DNA of 64,000 nucleotides from Vicugna vicugna. Lineage: Eukaryota. A model generated the notes under the pieces. That model was not told the origin of the DNA. It searched no databases and saw only the letters and a program-made list of their open reading frames with translations. This document shows positions 39,851 to 52,034 of this stretch, one piece after another. A program made the translations under genes and the position numbers. Positions within the stretch are counted from its first letter, which is position 1, and each line of letters begins with the position of its first letter. The stretch spans positions 4,486,244 to 4,550,243 of the forward strand of contig MU058463.1 of assembly GCA_013265495.1 (NCBI GenBank). The letters run 5' to 3'.

Positions 39851-41263
39851 CATTCACATGATGAATAGATAGCCTGTTCCACACACTCACCTGGTAAACT
39901 CATTTGTCATCTGCTCTCCACAGGGCCACCATATTGCACAACGTAGACTGTAACGTGAATGACAACCCCTGGGGTGCAGTATTGTGTTCGGCAAGAATAA
40001 CGTCTCCTGGCGTTGTGTAATTTGGAGGCCTTGATCCGTCTGCTTCCATTTTATACCTATCTTTGCAGACCATCAGGTATTTTGCAGAACTGCTCAACTA
40101 CATTAAGAAGATGAATTTACTCCCTGCATTCCAGAAAAGAAGAGAAAAAAATTCTTCTATTGTGGAAGAAAACAAATTAAACAAAAACATCTTCAGAGAT
40201 GTGACCAAATTGGACTAAGCAATGTAGTCAGTTTGTTTTTCTGTTATTCATCTAAAACAGGCAAACTGTTCTGGGGAGAATTCACACTACTGTGTACGTT
40301 GCTTAGGTGATGTGATAGGTGATGTTCTCAGGGAACTGGTGTAACCAAATATTTTGGTTCTGTTATCATGGCAATATTTCCAGTGGGTGTTCCCCAATAG
40401 CGGTTTATTTCAAAAATGTGTCTTTTATAGGACAAGGAGGGGTAAGATATTCTGTCTCTCATTGTTTATTTAGGACTTTGAATATGTGAGCCAGAGCATG
40501 AATTCACTCTTGTATTAGCATTTCAGTGCTCACCCATGGACATCAATACTCAGGAGACATCGATACTCAGTTGGACTAAATTCAAAAGAATACTTTGACC
40601 CTTAAGGTTTGAGAATTTGTGCTTATTTTTCTGTTTTAAAATGATAACCACCTGCTGTCTTTTTAGGGTTTTGTTTCTTCCAGTCAAAATAATGTAGCTC
40701 TTAAAAATTCATTTTCTCGACTGACAGGCAAAACATGAGGAGAAAATGTTCTCTTCTATTTTTTTTTTTTGAGTTTTTATTTGTTCCCCAAGTTGATCAC
40801 CAGACCCTGAGGGTAACCAAACTTAATTCAGTCATCATAAATGTAGCATGAGCCCCATTTAGGAATTTTCTAGTCTGTAATCTAATCACATCATCATCCT
40901 TTTCTAGCCAAGAGACTGTTGCTAACAGCAGAGAGAAGGCATCTGAAGTTTCCTTTTTTAAAAACTTCTCATTGATAACAAACACTTGTAAAAACAAGCT
41001 GTGTTCAAAGGATGAAGTACTTCTTCATATCTCCTCAAAGAATTGTGAAATTACTATGTGCAAATGTTTATAGAGGCTTCAATTAGCACCTCTGGATTTC
41101 ACATAGACATCTGTAAATAAACAGCAGATTGAAATTTGAAAAGTACTTTTGAAACCCTTAACTGCATACAGTACTTTTAATTAAGGCCTAACACCTCATT
41201 CTGACTCTCTTATTTCCGGGAACTTCTGTAATCTTACCTCCCAGTTTCTACTACTCCTTTCTT

Positions 41264-43845
41264 TTTTTTTTTTTTAAACATTTTTTATTATTTATAATCA
41301 TTTTACAATGTTGTGTCAAATTCCAGTGTTCAGCACAATTTTTCAGTCATTCATGGACATATACACACTCATTGTCACATTTTTTTTTCTGTGAGTTATC
41401 ATAACATTTTGTGTATATTTCCCTGTGCTATACAGTGTAATCTTGTTTATCTATTCTACAATTTTGAAATCCCAGTCTATCCCTTCCCACCCTCTACCCC
41501 CCTGGTAACCACAAGTCTGTATTCTCTGTCTGTGAGTCTATTTCTGTCCTGTATTTATGCTTTGTTTTTGTTTGTTTGTTTTTGTTTTTGTTTTTTAGAT
41601 TCCACATATGAGCGATCTCATATGGTATTTTTCTTTCTCTTTCTGGCTTACTTCACTTAGAATGACATTCTCCAGGAGCATCCATGTTGCTGCAAATGGC
41701 ATTATGTTGTCGGTTTTTATGGCTGAGTAGTATTCCATTGTATAAATATACCACCTCTTCTTTATCCAGTCACCTGTTGATGGACATTTAGGCTGTTTCC
41801 ATGTTTTGGCTATTGTAAATAGTGCTGCTATGAACATTGGGGTGCAGGTGTCATCCTGAAGTAGATTTCCTTCTGGATACAAGCCCAGGAGTGGGATTCC
41901 TGGGTCATATGGTAAGTCTATTCCTAGTCTTTTGAGGAATCTCCACACTGTTTTCCATAGTGGCTGCACCAAACTGCATTCCCACCAGCAGTGTAGGAGG
42001 GTTCCCCTTTCTCCACAGCCTCTCCAGCATTTGTCATTTGTGGATTTTTGAATGACGGCCATTCTGACTGGTGTGAGGTGATACCTCATTGTAGTTTTGA
42101 TTTGCATTTCTCTGATAATTAGTGATATTGAGCATTTTTTCATGTGCTTTTTGATCATTTGTATGTCTTCCTTGGAGAATTGCTTGTTTAGGTCTTCTGC
42201 CCATTTTTGGATTGGGTTGTTTATTTTTTTCTTATTGAGTCGTATGAGCTGCTTATATATTTTGGAGATCAAGCCTTTGTCGGTTTCACTTGCAAAAATT
42301 TTCTCCCATTCCGTAGGTTTTCTTCTTGTTTTATTTCTGGTTTCCTTTGCTCTGCAGAAGCTTGTAAGTTTCATTAGGTCCCATTTGTTTATTCTTGCTT
42401 TTATTTCTTCTAGGAGAAAATTTTTGAAATGTATGTCAGATAATGTTTTGCCTATGTTTTCCTCTAGGAGGTTTATTGTATCTTGTCTTATGTTTAAGTC
42501 TTTAATCCATTTTGAGTTGATTTTTGTATATGGTGTAAGGGTGTGTTCTAGCTTCATTGTTTTACATGCTGCTGTCCAGTTTTCCCAACACCATTTGCTG
42601 AAGAGACTGTCTTTATTCCATTGTATATTCTTGCCTCCTTTGTCGAAGATGAGTTGACCAAAAGTTTGTGGGTTCATTTCTGGGCTCTCTATTCTGTTCC
42701 ATTGGTCTATATGTCTGTTTTGGTACCAATACCATGCTGTCTTGATGACTGTAGCTCTATAGTATTGTCTGAAGTCTGGGAGAGTTATTCCTCCAGCCTC
42801 TTTCTTTCTCTTCAGTAATGCTTTAGCAATTCTAGGTCTTTGATGGTTCCATATAAATTTTATTATGATTTGTTCTAGTTCTGTGAAATATGTCCTGGGT
42901 AATTGGATAGGGATTGCATTAAATCTGTAGATTGCCTTGGGCAGTGTGACCATTTTAACAATATTGATTCTTCCAATCCAAGAGCATGGAATATCTTTCC
43001 ATTTTTTAAAGTCTTCTTTAATTTCCTTCATCAATGGTTTATAGTTTTCTGTGTATAATTCTTTCACCTCCTTGGTTAGATTTATTCCCAGATATTTTAT
43101 TACTTTGGGTGCTATTTTAAAGGGGATTGTTTCTTTACTTTCTTTTTCTGTTGATTTATCGTTAGTGTAAAGAAAGGCAACTGATTTTTGAACATTAATT
43201 TTGTAACCTGCTACCTTGCTGAATTCTTCGATCAGCTCTAGTAGCTTTTTTGTGGACCTTTTAGGGTTTTCTATATATAGTAACATGTCGTCAGCATATA
43301 ATGACACTTTTACCTCTTCTTTTCCAATTTGGATCCCTTTTATTTCTTTCTCTTGCCTGATTGCTGTGGCTAGGACTTCCAGGACTATATTGAATAGGAG
43401 TGGTGATAGTGGGCATCCTTGTCTTGTCCCAGATTTTAGTGGGAAGCTTTTGAGTTTTTCACCGTTGAGAACTATGCTGGCTATAGGTTTGTCATATATA
43501 GCTTTTATTATGTTGAGATATGTTCCCTCTATACCCACTTTGGCGAGAGTTTTTATCATAAATGGGTGTTGAATTTTATCAAATGCTTTTTCTGCATCGA
43601 TTGAGATGATCATGTGGTTTTTGTCCTTTCTCTTGTTGATGTGATGTATTACATTGATTGATTTGCGTATGTTGAACCAGCCTTGTGTCCCTGGGATGAA
43701 CCCCACTTGGTCATGATGTATAATCTTTTTTATGTGTTGTTGGATTCTATTTGCTAAAATTTTGGTGAGGATTTTGGCGTCTATGTTCATCAGTGATATT
43801 GGCCTATAATTCTCTTTTTTTGTAGTGTCTTTGCCTGGTTTTGGT
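41264..43845 (-). mobile_element. young 5'-truncated LINE-1
   Basis: Poly(T) at ~41264-41275, 3'UTR and uninterrupted ORF2; TSD core ACTCCTTTCTT exact (41253-41263 / 43851-43861), extendable to 15/17. Confidence 0.98.
41595..43790 (-). CDS. L1 ORF2p, C-terminal 731 aa (RT domain and CCHC zinc knuckle); endonuclease missing; retroelement frame, not a host gene
   Basis: Motifs [21 protein letters not shown] (43287-43298), [22 protein letters not shown]; the frame stays open upstream ([18 protein letters not shown]) to the truncation point at ~43844. Confidence 0.95.
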   Translation of the reverse strand: MNIDAKILTKILANRIQQHIKKIIHHDQVGFIPGTQGWFNIRKSINVIHHINKRKDKNHMIISIDAEKAFDKIQHPFMIKTLAKVGIEGTYLNIIKAIYDKPIASIVLNGEKLKSFPLKSGTRQGCPLSPLLFNIVLEVLATAIRQEKEIKGIQIGKEEVKVSLYADDMLLYIENPKRSTKKLLELIEEFSKVAGYKINVQKSVAFLYTNDKSTEKESKETIPFKIAPKVIKYLGINLTKEVKELYTENYKPLMKEIKEDFKKWKDIPCSWIGRINIVKMVTLPKAIYRFNAIPIQLPRTYFTELEQIIIKFIWNHQRPRIAKALLKRKKEAGGITLPDFRQYYRATVIKTAWYWYQNRHIDQWNRIESPEMNPQTFGQLIFDKGGKNIQWNKDSLFSKWCWENWTAACKTMKLEHTLTPYTKINSKWIKDLNIRQDTINLLEENIGKTLSDIHFKNFLLEEIKARINKWDLMKLTSFCRAKETRNKTRRKPTEWEKIFASETDKGLISKIYKQLIRLNKKKINNPIQKWAEDLNKQFSKEDIQMIKKHMKKCSISLIIREMQIKTTMRYHLTPVRMAVIQKSTNDKCWRGCGERGTLLHCWWECSLVQPLWKTVWRFLKRLGIDLPYDPGIPLLGLYPEGNLLQDDTCTPMFIAALFTIAKTWKQPKCPSTGDWIKKRWYIYTMEYYSAIKTDNIMPFAATWMLLENVILSEVSQKEKEKYHMRSLICGI

Positions 43846-44439
43846 CTGCCACTCCTTTCTTACTTTCCACTTTCACAACTGCCTTATTCTCATCAGGTCG
43901 CCATTTTATCATGGACTGACTGTGACTTCTCCCCGAGATTCTGGATTTTCAGCTTCTATTTGAACACATCTTCATTATCCATTCCACTTTTATATACCCG
44001 ACGCCCTTGACTTTCCTTTGTGTTTTTTATTTGCTTATGTATTTATGTATTTGATTTGATGTAATTTTGGTCTACAACCTGAATTTTCTGCATTCTCTGC
44101 TCTGGGATTGTTGGAGAAAGTCATGCTGAGGAGGTGTTCTAACAATTCATAGCATCTAACCTTGGGTGAGCTCTCAGCTAGCCCACTGCTATGATGCAGG
44201 GACAGACTCCTCAGAGCTGCCATTCCACGGATTTTTTTTTTTCTCTCTTTGGATCTGGAAACCCAACCACAGCCCCTTTCATCATCACCCAGATGAAAAA
44301 ACACCATCTAAAAAGTCCAACTCATTTCCCAACTCATGTTCCCTCAGGTATTTCCCACCTTACATTTTCTTTATGTTTTCAGCTGTCATCTTACTTTTAA
44401 TTCTTATAAACTTTTAAGTCTTACAATGGAGAAAGAAGA

Positions 44440-45710
44440 TCCATTTTCCTTTTCAAGGCCAGTGATTTATTCTATGCTCACAATCCACCCCTTTTGCAGA
44501 ACTTGCTCCATTAATTATTCCCTTTATCTCACATCTGTAAGCACCCTGTTTCCAATTTCTTTCTTTCCTTCCTCCAATGAACACACTTGTGTCTTTCCTC
44601 TAAACCTTTTCAGTAGCATTCTATGCCCACTAGCTCCATTTTTTAATAACTCGGTGATTCCATAGACACTTACAATTTGATGTCTAGACTCCACAGAGAG
44701 AAATACTCTCCCGAAGGTACAATCTCCTAACTGTAATGTATTATCTTATAATTAAAATAAATCACATATATTTCCATGCTTATTGTCCGTCTTCCCAAAC
44801 GAGAATACAAACCCCATCAACATAAATACTTTATATGTCTGGTTCCTCACTGTATCTCCTACATATCCTGCCTGGTGCAGAGTTGGCACTCCATAACTGT
44901 TCCTTGAGTGACTAGGTAATCACCTAATCCAAGAGCCTCTTCTTAAACCTCCTTTAACTTTCTGAGACTTCCGATAATAATTCTATTCAACATGAATATT
45001 ACTGAGGCAACTCATCATTTGGGGATTATCTTCCTCGTCTTTCATTTCCACCACGATATCCATTCAGCCCCCAGTTTCTTGTTCTGCAAACTCTCATACG
45101 TATTTCTTTTCTTATTCATTCTCATTTCAGCATTCTCAACGGGAAGCTTACAATACCGTCTCTAGCCTCCTTCCATGCCTCTTATTCAATCCATCCTGCA
45201 CTGAGCTACCAGCATAATCTTCATCTGAAACGAAGTCCTGGTTACACAACTCTCAGCAGATCCTCCTGCTTACATATGAGGATCAAAGGAATTCTATGAC
45301 TTGGCTCTAACTGGTTTTTATTGCCTTATTGCTCAAAAATTTCTTACATGATATTTATGTCCCAGTTAAACATTTTCCAAATATATTCCATGGTTTTTTG
45401 TAAATATAAATAAAGATAAATACCTTCCTAATCCAGTTCTTCTAAAATTTCTCCTTCCCTAAGTTCTCTAACTCCTCTGCCAGGTTTTAATTGAAATGTT
45501 ACCTCTTTCAGTAAGCTCTGTCAGAGCTCCCCAGACGGAGGTGACCTCCTCCACTTCTAAATCCTCATAACATTTTGCACTCTTTACATTATATATTTAT
45601 TAAATATATTCTATGTATTTTTCTCTTGTTTACAAGATTATTCATCATTTGAGTACAGGAATACTGTTTTTATGTCCATTTTCCCCCTTAGTGCTTAGCA
45701 TAGCATCTTC
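44440..45710. mobile_element. degenerate L2 LINE fragments
   Basis: Pyrimidine-rich L2-like phrases (CTCACTGTATCTCC..TGCCTGGTGCAGAGTTGGCACTCCATAA; CAATCCATCCTGCACTGAGCTACCAG); boundaries approximate. Confidence 0.5.
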
Positions 45711-45717
45711 CCCCACC

Positions 45718-46250
45718 CCAGCTTTATTGAAGTATAATTACATACAATGAAATTTATTTTAAGTGTACAGTTTGATAAATTTCAGTAGTTAAATATGATT
45801 ATTGTACCATAATCAAAATATAGAGTATTTCTAGTACTATGAAAAGTTTCCTCATGCATCTTTGAAATCTGCCCTCCTCCTTTAACTCCTAGCCTTATGT
45901 GATTGTAGATCTTTCTGGAACTGCAGTTTTTCCTTTTCCAGAATTTATACAAATAGGATCATACATATAGTCTTTTGTGTTTGACTGCTTTCATTCTGTA
46001 GTTTTTCACCCATGGTGTTTCATGTTTTAATTGATTTCATTTATTAGTATTTCATCTTATTGCTGAGTTTGAATATACAATTTGTTTGTCCATTCACAAG
46101 CTGATGAACGTTTTGGTTGTTTTCAGCTTGTGGGTATTACAAATAAAGCTGCTATGAACATTCATGTACAAGTTTTGGTATGAACGTGCGCCTTCATTTC
46201 TCAGCTAAATCATGTGGTAGGTATGTGTTTAGCATCTAAAGACATTTTAA
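45718..46250 (-). mobile_element. old L1M 3' end
   Basis: CAGCTTTATTGAAGTATAATTACATACAAT...TTTAAGTGTACAGTTTGAT...ATAAAGCTGCTATGAACATTCATGTACAAG. Confidence 0.8.
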
Positions 46251-46389
46251 GAAGTTGTGGAGAAGCCTTAAGAGCCTGTCAGGTCTCTAGGAGCAGAATA
46301 GATGTGCTGTTTATCATCTGTAATCAGAAGAAGGCATGAGGAAGAGCAGGAAGCTGACGGTAGTCAGTCTCATGAAAAGTCATAATCCC

Positions 46390-47370
46390 ATGCTCAGTTC
46401 TTGGACCTGAGCCAATTTTCAGATCTGGAACCCACTGACTAAAGTGGCCTCATTCCTAGGAGGAAGGTCACAGCAAATCTCTGGTGATTGCATATTGTAA
46501 TGATTTTGCAGGCCCTCCCCAAAGGGACCTCTGTCATTTACTATCTAGTGTGGAGAGGGAAATGCTCCAAGGACTATTGGACACAAGCAGGAGCTGAATT
46601 GGATGCTTGGGGAACCATCGTTGCTTCCCTGCTAGACTGATCGGTTTATGAAGATGAGATAATAAATGGATTTCTGACTAAAATCCAGTTTCCAGTGGGT
46701 CCGTTGTTTCCACCACATACTCAGTGGTCATTTCCTGAATGTCTAACTGGGATTGGACATACTTGCAGTTGGAATAATCTTTCCACTGGGCACTTGACCT
46801 GTTAGATAAGAGATAACAGAGTGAGGAAGGCCTGACAGAAACTTTGGAAACTTCTGCCATCCACGATGGCTAACACATTCTGAGAGCATGAGATGAGACA
46901 GTGGGCTGCTGGTCCCTTATTTCCTTTTCTTCTTTTAATCTGCCAGTCTGGCCTCTTCAGACTCTGAGGAATCCTGGAGAATAACTGTAGATCACTGCAG
47001 GCTCAAACACATAGTAGCCCTATTGGCAGCTCGTGGGCCAGATGTTCATTGTTGCAAGAGGAGATCCATAAAGCCTCGGCTACCTGATACTGTGCCATCA
47101 GTATGGCGAGTGCATTTGTTTTTTGTTTGTTTGTTTGTTTTGTTTTTTGGTATTCTAATAAGAAAAGAGAATTAGAAATAGCTTATATTTTCATGGGATG
47201 GGCAAAAAGATTTATTAATAGGTTTCCCCTACCTAGGGCTATGTTGACTCCTCCTCCTTCTCTCATAAATATGATATGAAGGGATCTGGAGCCCACAAAA
47301 CATCACCTGCACCCACTATATCAGTGACACAATGGTGACTGGACAGGATGGCCAATATGCTAGAGGCGCT
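46390..47370 (+). mobile_element. ERV-L-class internal relic (gag end, protease, RT), heavily degenerate
   Basis: Manual translation: QFLDLSQFSDLEP (~46395), GLLDTS (46571-46588), SFNLPVWPLQ (46931-46960), SWRITVDHCRL, HYISDTM (47314-47334; YIDD position). Confidence 0.82.
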
Positions 47371-47379
47371 GGACCCTAC

Positions 47380-48480
47380 ATCTGAATTTGTCCTATCTGC
47401 CTTCTCTTTTGCTCTCAGTAGAGGTCGTCTCTTCTTTTCCTTAAGGCTAATTCATTCATCTACTCAGAAATCTTGTGCTATTGATTATATTTTTTGTGTT
47501 TTGTATATTTAACATCTTCCTCTCCAACATATTTTTATTATCAATTTCTGAAGCTCTCCATTAAAACAAACTTCAGCAAGCCTTCCTTGACCCCACATGT
47601 TCATCTGTCCTTGTTTCCATCCCTTTACCTTGTTCCACCTTATAATCAAATTTTTTCCAGTTTGGTTTTAATGCCCATCATGTAATTTAAGAAGATCTCT
47701 AAGGTCAAGAATGACCTCCAGGTGGCTAAATCTGGACATTTGTTAGTCAATCTTAGTTGGCTTCTCAACAGCATTTGAGATTATATTCCAACTTTGCAAT
47801 CCTCTTGAGCTTCAGATTGATGTAGCTAACCATTTACTTAATATTTTTACTTGAATGATTCAAGGTTACCTCACACTCAGCTTATTTAGATTCAAGGTCA
47901 TACTCTATTTGCCAAATCTAGTATCTTCCCCCAGAGTTCTCTGTCTCAGTAGCTCCGGAAAACTGGTAATGAATCTTAACATTTCAGTCTCTCTTATTCT
48001 CAATATCTGATCTACCACTAGGAATACTCTTTTTTCCTCCCAGTGCTTTTCAAATTCATCCCCTTTTCTTCTTCTCTACGGCCATTGTTCAAGTTCCCTT
48101 ATCTCCCACCTAGAACATTGTAATCATTTCCTAACAGACCCTCTCTTGGTGTCAGTTGTCCTCCCTCAGGCTAGTCTCAACTTCATCATCAGAGTGATTT
48201 CTTTTCCCTCCAAACAGAAACCTGATCAGGTCATACCTTCCATAGAACACTTGAATGAAATATTTATTTTATTTATGTGGCCAAACGTGTCCTGCATTGT
48301 CTGCCCTCATTTTTCTCTACGTCCCACTTTACAGCTCCCTCACCTCATGCCCTACATAGATAATTCTTGCCATTCCATCCCTAGCTATCCAGGAAAGACT
48401 TTTCTGGCCAACTCAGTCATATCTCTATTGAATGTTCTCTCTCTGTGTACTTCATTCTGTTTGCTTATTTATGAAACATT
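47380..48480. mobile_element. degenerate L2 LINE fragment
   Basis: AAGGTCAAGAATGACCTCCAGGTGGCTAAATC...TTCTCAACAGCATTTGA...ATCTCCCACCTAGA..TGTAAT..CCTAAC, typical L2 ORF2-region phrases. Confidence 0.65.
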
Positions 48481-49721
48481 CCACTAGAGCTTAAGGTGTG
48501 TCCAACATTATTATAACCACTTTAAATATTAACTTAATTAATACTCAGAACAATCCTATGAAGTACTTAAAATTTTTCCATTGTACATATCAGTAAACTG
48601 AGGACAGAGATCAAATCACTCACCCAGAGTCACACAGCTAGGATGTGCAGAAGGGATCAATCTTGGGCATCAGACTCCAGAGTCCCTTCTAAGGGCTTTG
48701 CGTTTGCTGTCTCTTTCTCTCAGTGACATTTTTCAAAGTCATAATTTGCATGTATTTGTGTGAATATGTCCTCCCTGTGAGGAAAACTCTCTGTTTTACT
48801 CATTACTATGGTACATGAAACAAGTAGTGATGAAAGAATTAAAATAACTGAATGAATAAAATACCAAACTATTGATTGACATCACTTTGTACTTTGGATG
48901 CTAAACGTCCTCCCATATGTATTCTGTGCTTTGCAGTTTCATATTGCCAAGTTAAATTATTTCAAAGGAAATCTATATGAGCATTGGCAGAGGTATTTGA
49001 AATAGCTAATGAATATTTTCATGGCCTTACAACTTAAAAAATTGAAGGTCTAAAGCCGAGAGATCAGCATGTCAGGAATGTTAGGGAAAGTACTCATTTT
49101 TCATTCATGTTGTCAGTTTCACAAACCAGAAAGCTTCATGAAGTTTCACTGCCCTTCCTCCAATTAATTATGAATTCAAACTCCTTGTCAAGCTAAAGCC
49201 AAGGGATAGTAAAAGAAGAGAACATTTTTTGATTATGATATAACATATGTTCATTACATGGAATTTTAGAAATGTAGAAAATTATTAAGAAAAAAATTAA
49301 GAATCAATTACTGCTAAATCTACCAAGAAAAGAAAAAACAGAACTAGTATTTTGATAAATAAATCTTTTGATATCTGTTTGCCTATGTAGATATACAAAT
49401 ATTTACACATACATATAGGTCAAATACAGAAGAATGCATATACATATGTGTGTATGAGTGTGTATACTTTCAAAATTAGCATGTTACTTTAAATGAATGC
49501 TTTTTTTTAACTTAACCTTATGTAAGAAGCATATTTCACTATTATTAAGTATTTTCATGATATTTAATGCCTGGATAATATTTATCTTACGGATAAGCCA
49601 AAACTTATTTTACAATTTTTTTCCTATTTTCAGTATTTTTAAAAATAATAATTCAATGCTTTCTTATGTATAAACTACTATCCACATCTCTAAAATTTTC
49701 TTTGTGATAGAGTTCCCATAG

Positions 49722-49915
49722 TGGAGAGACTAGATTTGGAACGTTCTCACCAGAAAAAAGAAATAATAATTATGCAAGGTGATGGAAATAATAATTATAT
49801 GAGATGATTAGATAATGGTATAGTGGTAACTATATTGCAATATGTAAGTGTATCAAATCAACATGTTGTATGCTTTAAACTTACATAACGTTGTATGTCA
49901 ATTATATCCCAGTTT
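49722..49915 (+). mobile_element. short L1MA/MB 3' end
   Basis: GTTCTCACCAGAAAAAAGAAATAATAATTATG...GTATCAAATCAACATGTTGTATGCTTTAAACTTACATAACGTTGTATGTCAATTATAT. Confidence 0.8.
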
Positions 49916-50558
49916 TTAAAAGGAGTGTATTTGTTAAATTTCTTGATTCCTGTTGCCTGATGCTTCCCAGAAAGGTTGTAGATAATTAAACAAAAGTTTA
50001 AGGGGTACCTATCTTACTATACCTTTGTTAACTGTAAATATTGCTCCTGGAAACAAAATCTTTGATGACCAAAAACTCTGATAACATTGGGTCAATGAGC
50101 ATTTGAGAAACAGACATTTTTATATTTTGTGAATATGAATAAAAATTGCTACCAACTATATGGAGGGAAATTTGGAAATTCCTGTTAAAATTTCATCTCT
50201 TTTGATAATGAATGGATTAGTTTCTAGGATTTCTCCAGCTTTATTTAAACTGGTTCTCAAGTCCATGCATGCAAAAATATTGATGACCCCTTGTTTGTAA
50301 TAGCCAAAGTTTGTAAGTGACCCAACTATCCATCTAAAGGAGGTTAGTTATGTAAATATGGTATAGTCATGCCATAGACTACTGGATCAATTAGAGCTCT
50401 TTGTGCTGAAAATAATGGGAATCTAACTGAAAGTGGTTTGTACTATAATCATTAATAACTTAACAGTCCAGAGGAAGAGAGGACTTCAGGGTGATCTTAA
50501 CTTCTGACTCTCACCATCCCCATTAGCCTCTTCTGCCTACAATGCTATTGAACTTTTT

Positions 50559-50636
50559 TTGTTTGTGTTTGTTTGGTTTTTTTAATGTATTTTTATTGAA
50601 GTACAGTCACTTTACAATGTTGCATGTGTGTGTGTG
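50559..50636 (-). mobile_element. ultra-truncated L1 insertion (A-rich tail, ~33 nt of 3' end, (CA)n at the 5' junction)
   Basis: Exact 16-bp TSD TGCTATTGAACTTTTT (50543-50558 / 50637-50652); TTTTATTGAAGTACAGTCACTTTACAATGTTG matches the terminus of the L1 stubs at 20.9 and 22.2 kb. Confidence 0.88.
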
Positions 50637-50671
50637 TGCTATTGAACTTTTTATCATTTCTTTTCCAGTTT

Positions 50672-50879
50672 TCTTCATTGGAGAAATGTCTGTTTAGATC
50701 TCCTGTCCACTTTTGGATTGGGTTGTTTACTTTTTTGTTATCGAGTTCTATGAGCTATTAATATATTCTGGAAGTTAAGTCCTTGTCAGTCACATTTGAA
50801 AATATTTTCTCCCAGTCCCTAGGTTATCTTTTCATTTTATTTAAGGTTTCTTTTGCTGTGCAAAAGCTTGTAAGTTTAG
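50672..50879 (-). mobile_element. tail-less internal L1 ORF2 fragment
   Basis: Homologous to ~42165-42372 of the young L1 (TTGGAGAAATGTCTGTTTAGATC...TTTGCTGTGCAAAAGCTTGTAAGTTT). Confidence 0.85.
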
Positions 50880-51049
50880 TGTACATAAAATTTTTAGTAA
50901 CATTTTCAAGCCCTTTGTAGGTTATTCGTTATTTGGTTTTTTGTTAAACTTTCTTTGAGTTAATTTTGGTAAATTTTATCACACAATTGAAGGTTGGTAG
51001 CTTATACTAAACCACTGACTTTCAAAGCAAAGCCTAAATTATTTTTTAG

Positions 51050-51210
51050 GGCACTATGAGGTCAAAATAATTTTTATAATAAAACCAGATGTTAAAACCA
51101 TATTTGCTCTTTCATTCTCATTCTTTTCTGAGTGTATAGAGTACTCCAGAAAGTAAATGATGTGTGATGATGTCATTATTCTGACACCTAATAGAAGTCA
51201 TGCTTACATG
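51050..51210. mobile_element. Charlie1-like hAT DNA transposon fragment
   Basis: GAGGTCAAAATAATTTTTATAATAA...TTCATTCTCATTCTTTTCTGAGTGTATAGAGT..TCCAGA. Confidence 0.6.
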
Positions 51211-51556
51211 CTTATGGACCACAGCAATAAAAATATCTTCCTAGATACACAAAAACTCAGAAATAGCACCCACAGACATTTTCTTGGAAAAATTCCTTGA
51301 AGTCATATTATGGTCAACCAAAAAACTGATCACAAAAATTTAGCAGCTTGGAAGGAATATTATGAAATGAAGTGATACTGTTCATTGAAACTACCTAAGC
51401 AGAGATTTGGTCAATCAAATTGTTACAAGTAAGTATGTTTACTGAGCCCTTGACTTTCTGGGGGTATTTTTCTGTTTCGTTTATACATTAAAAACAATTT
51501 GCCAGGTAAATAAGTTTAAGCCACAGCTTTTCCCCTTCAAACTTCTTTAGATCATG

Positions 51557-52034
51557 TGTATTAATATCCTATTCTTCCTTTAGCAAATTACCACAGACAG
51601 TGGCTTACAATAACACAGACATGTCAGCTTATAGTTTTGGGATGTGGAAGTCTGAAATCAGTTTCACTGGACTAAGGTAAGCGTCAGTGGGGCTGGTTCC
51701 CTTTGGAAACTCTAGGGGAGAATTGGTTTCCTTGCCTCTTCCAGCTCGTGGGGGTCATATACATTTTGACTTATGGCTATTCCTCCATCTTCAAAGCCAG
51801 AACTGTTGTGTCTTTCTCCTCTCTGACCTCTGCTCCCATCATTTCTTTTCTTTCCGATCTTCCTGTCTCCCTGTTATAAGGACCCTTGTGATTACACCGC
51901 ACCCACCTGGATAATCCAGGTTTATCTCATCTCAAAATCTTTAATTGGTCATATATGTAAAGTCCCCTTTACCTGGCAAGATAGCATATTCACAGGGACA
52001 TCTCGAGGGGGAGGGTATTATTCAGCCTACTGTA
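51557..52034 (-). mobile_element. MLT1C/D-like MaLR solo LTR
   Basis: TGTATTA..CAAATTACCAC...AAGTCTGAAATCAGTTTCACTGG...TATAAGGACCCTTGTGATTACA...GGATAATCCAGG...ATTATTCAGCCTAC. Confidence 0.85.

Noticed and set aside
41595..43790. Interpretation as a domesticated RT gene or novel RT system
   Set aside because: Poly(A) tail, TSD and 5' truncation inside ORF2 mark an ordinary L1 insertion; no promoter or partner gene is evident
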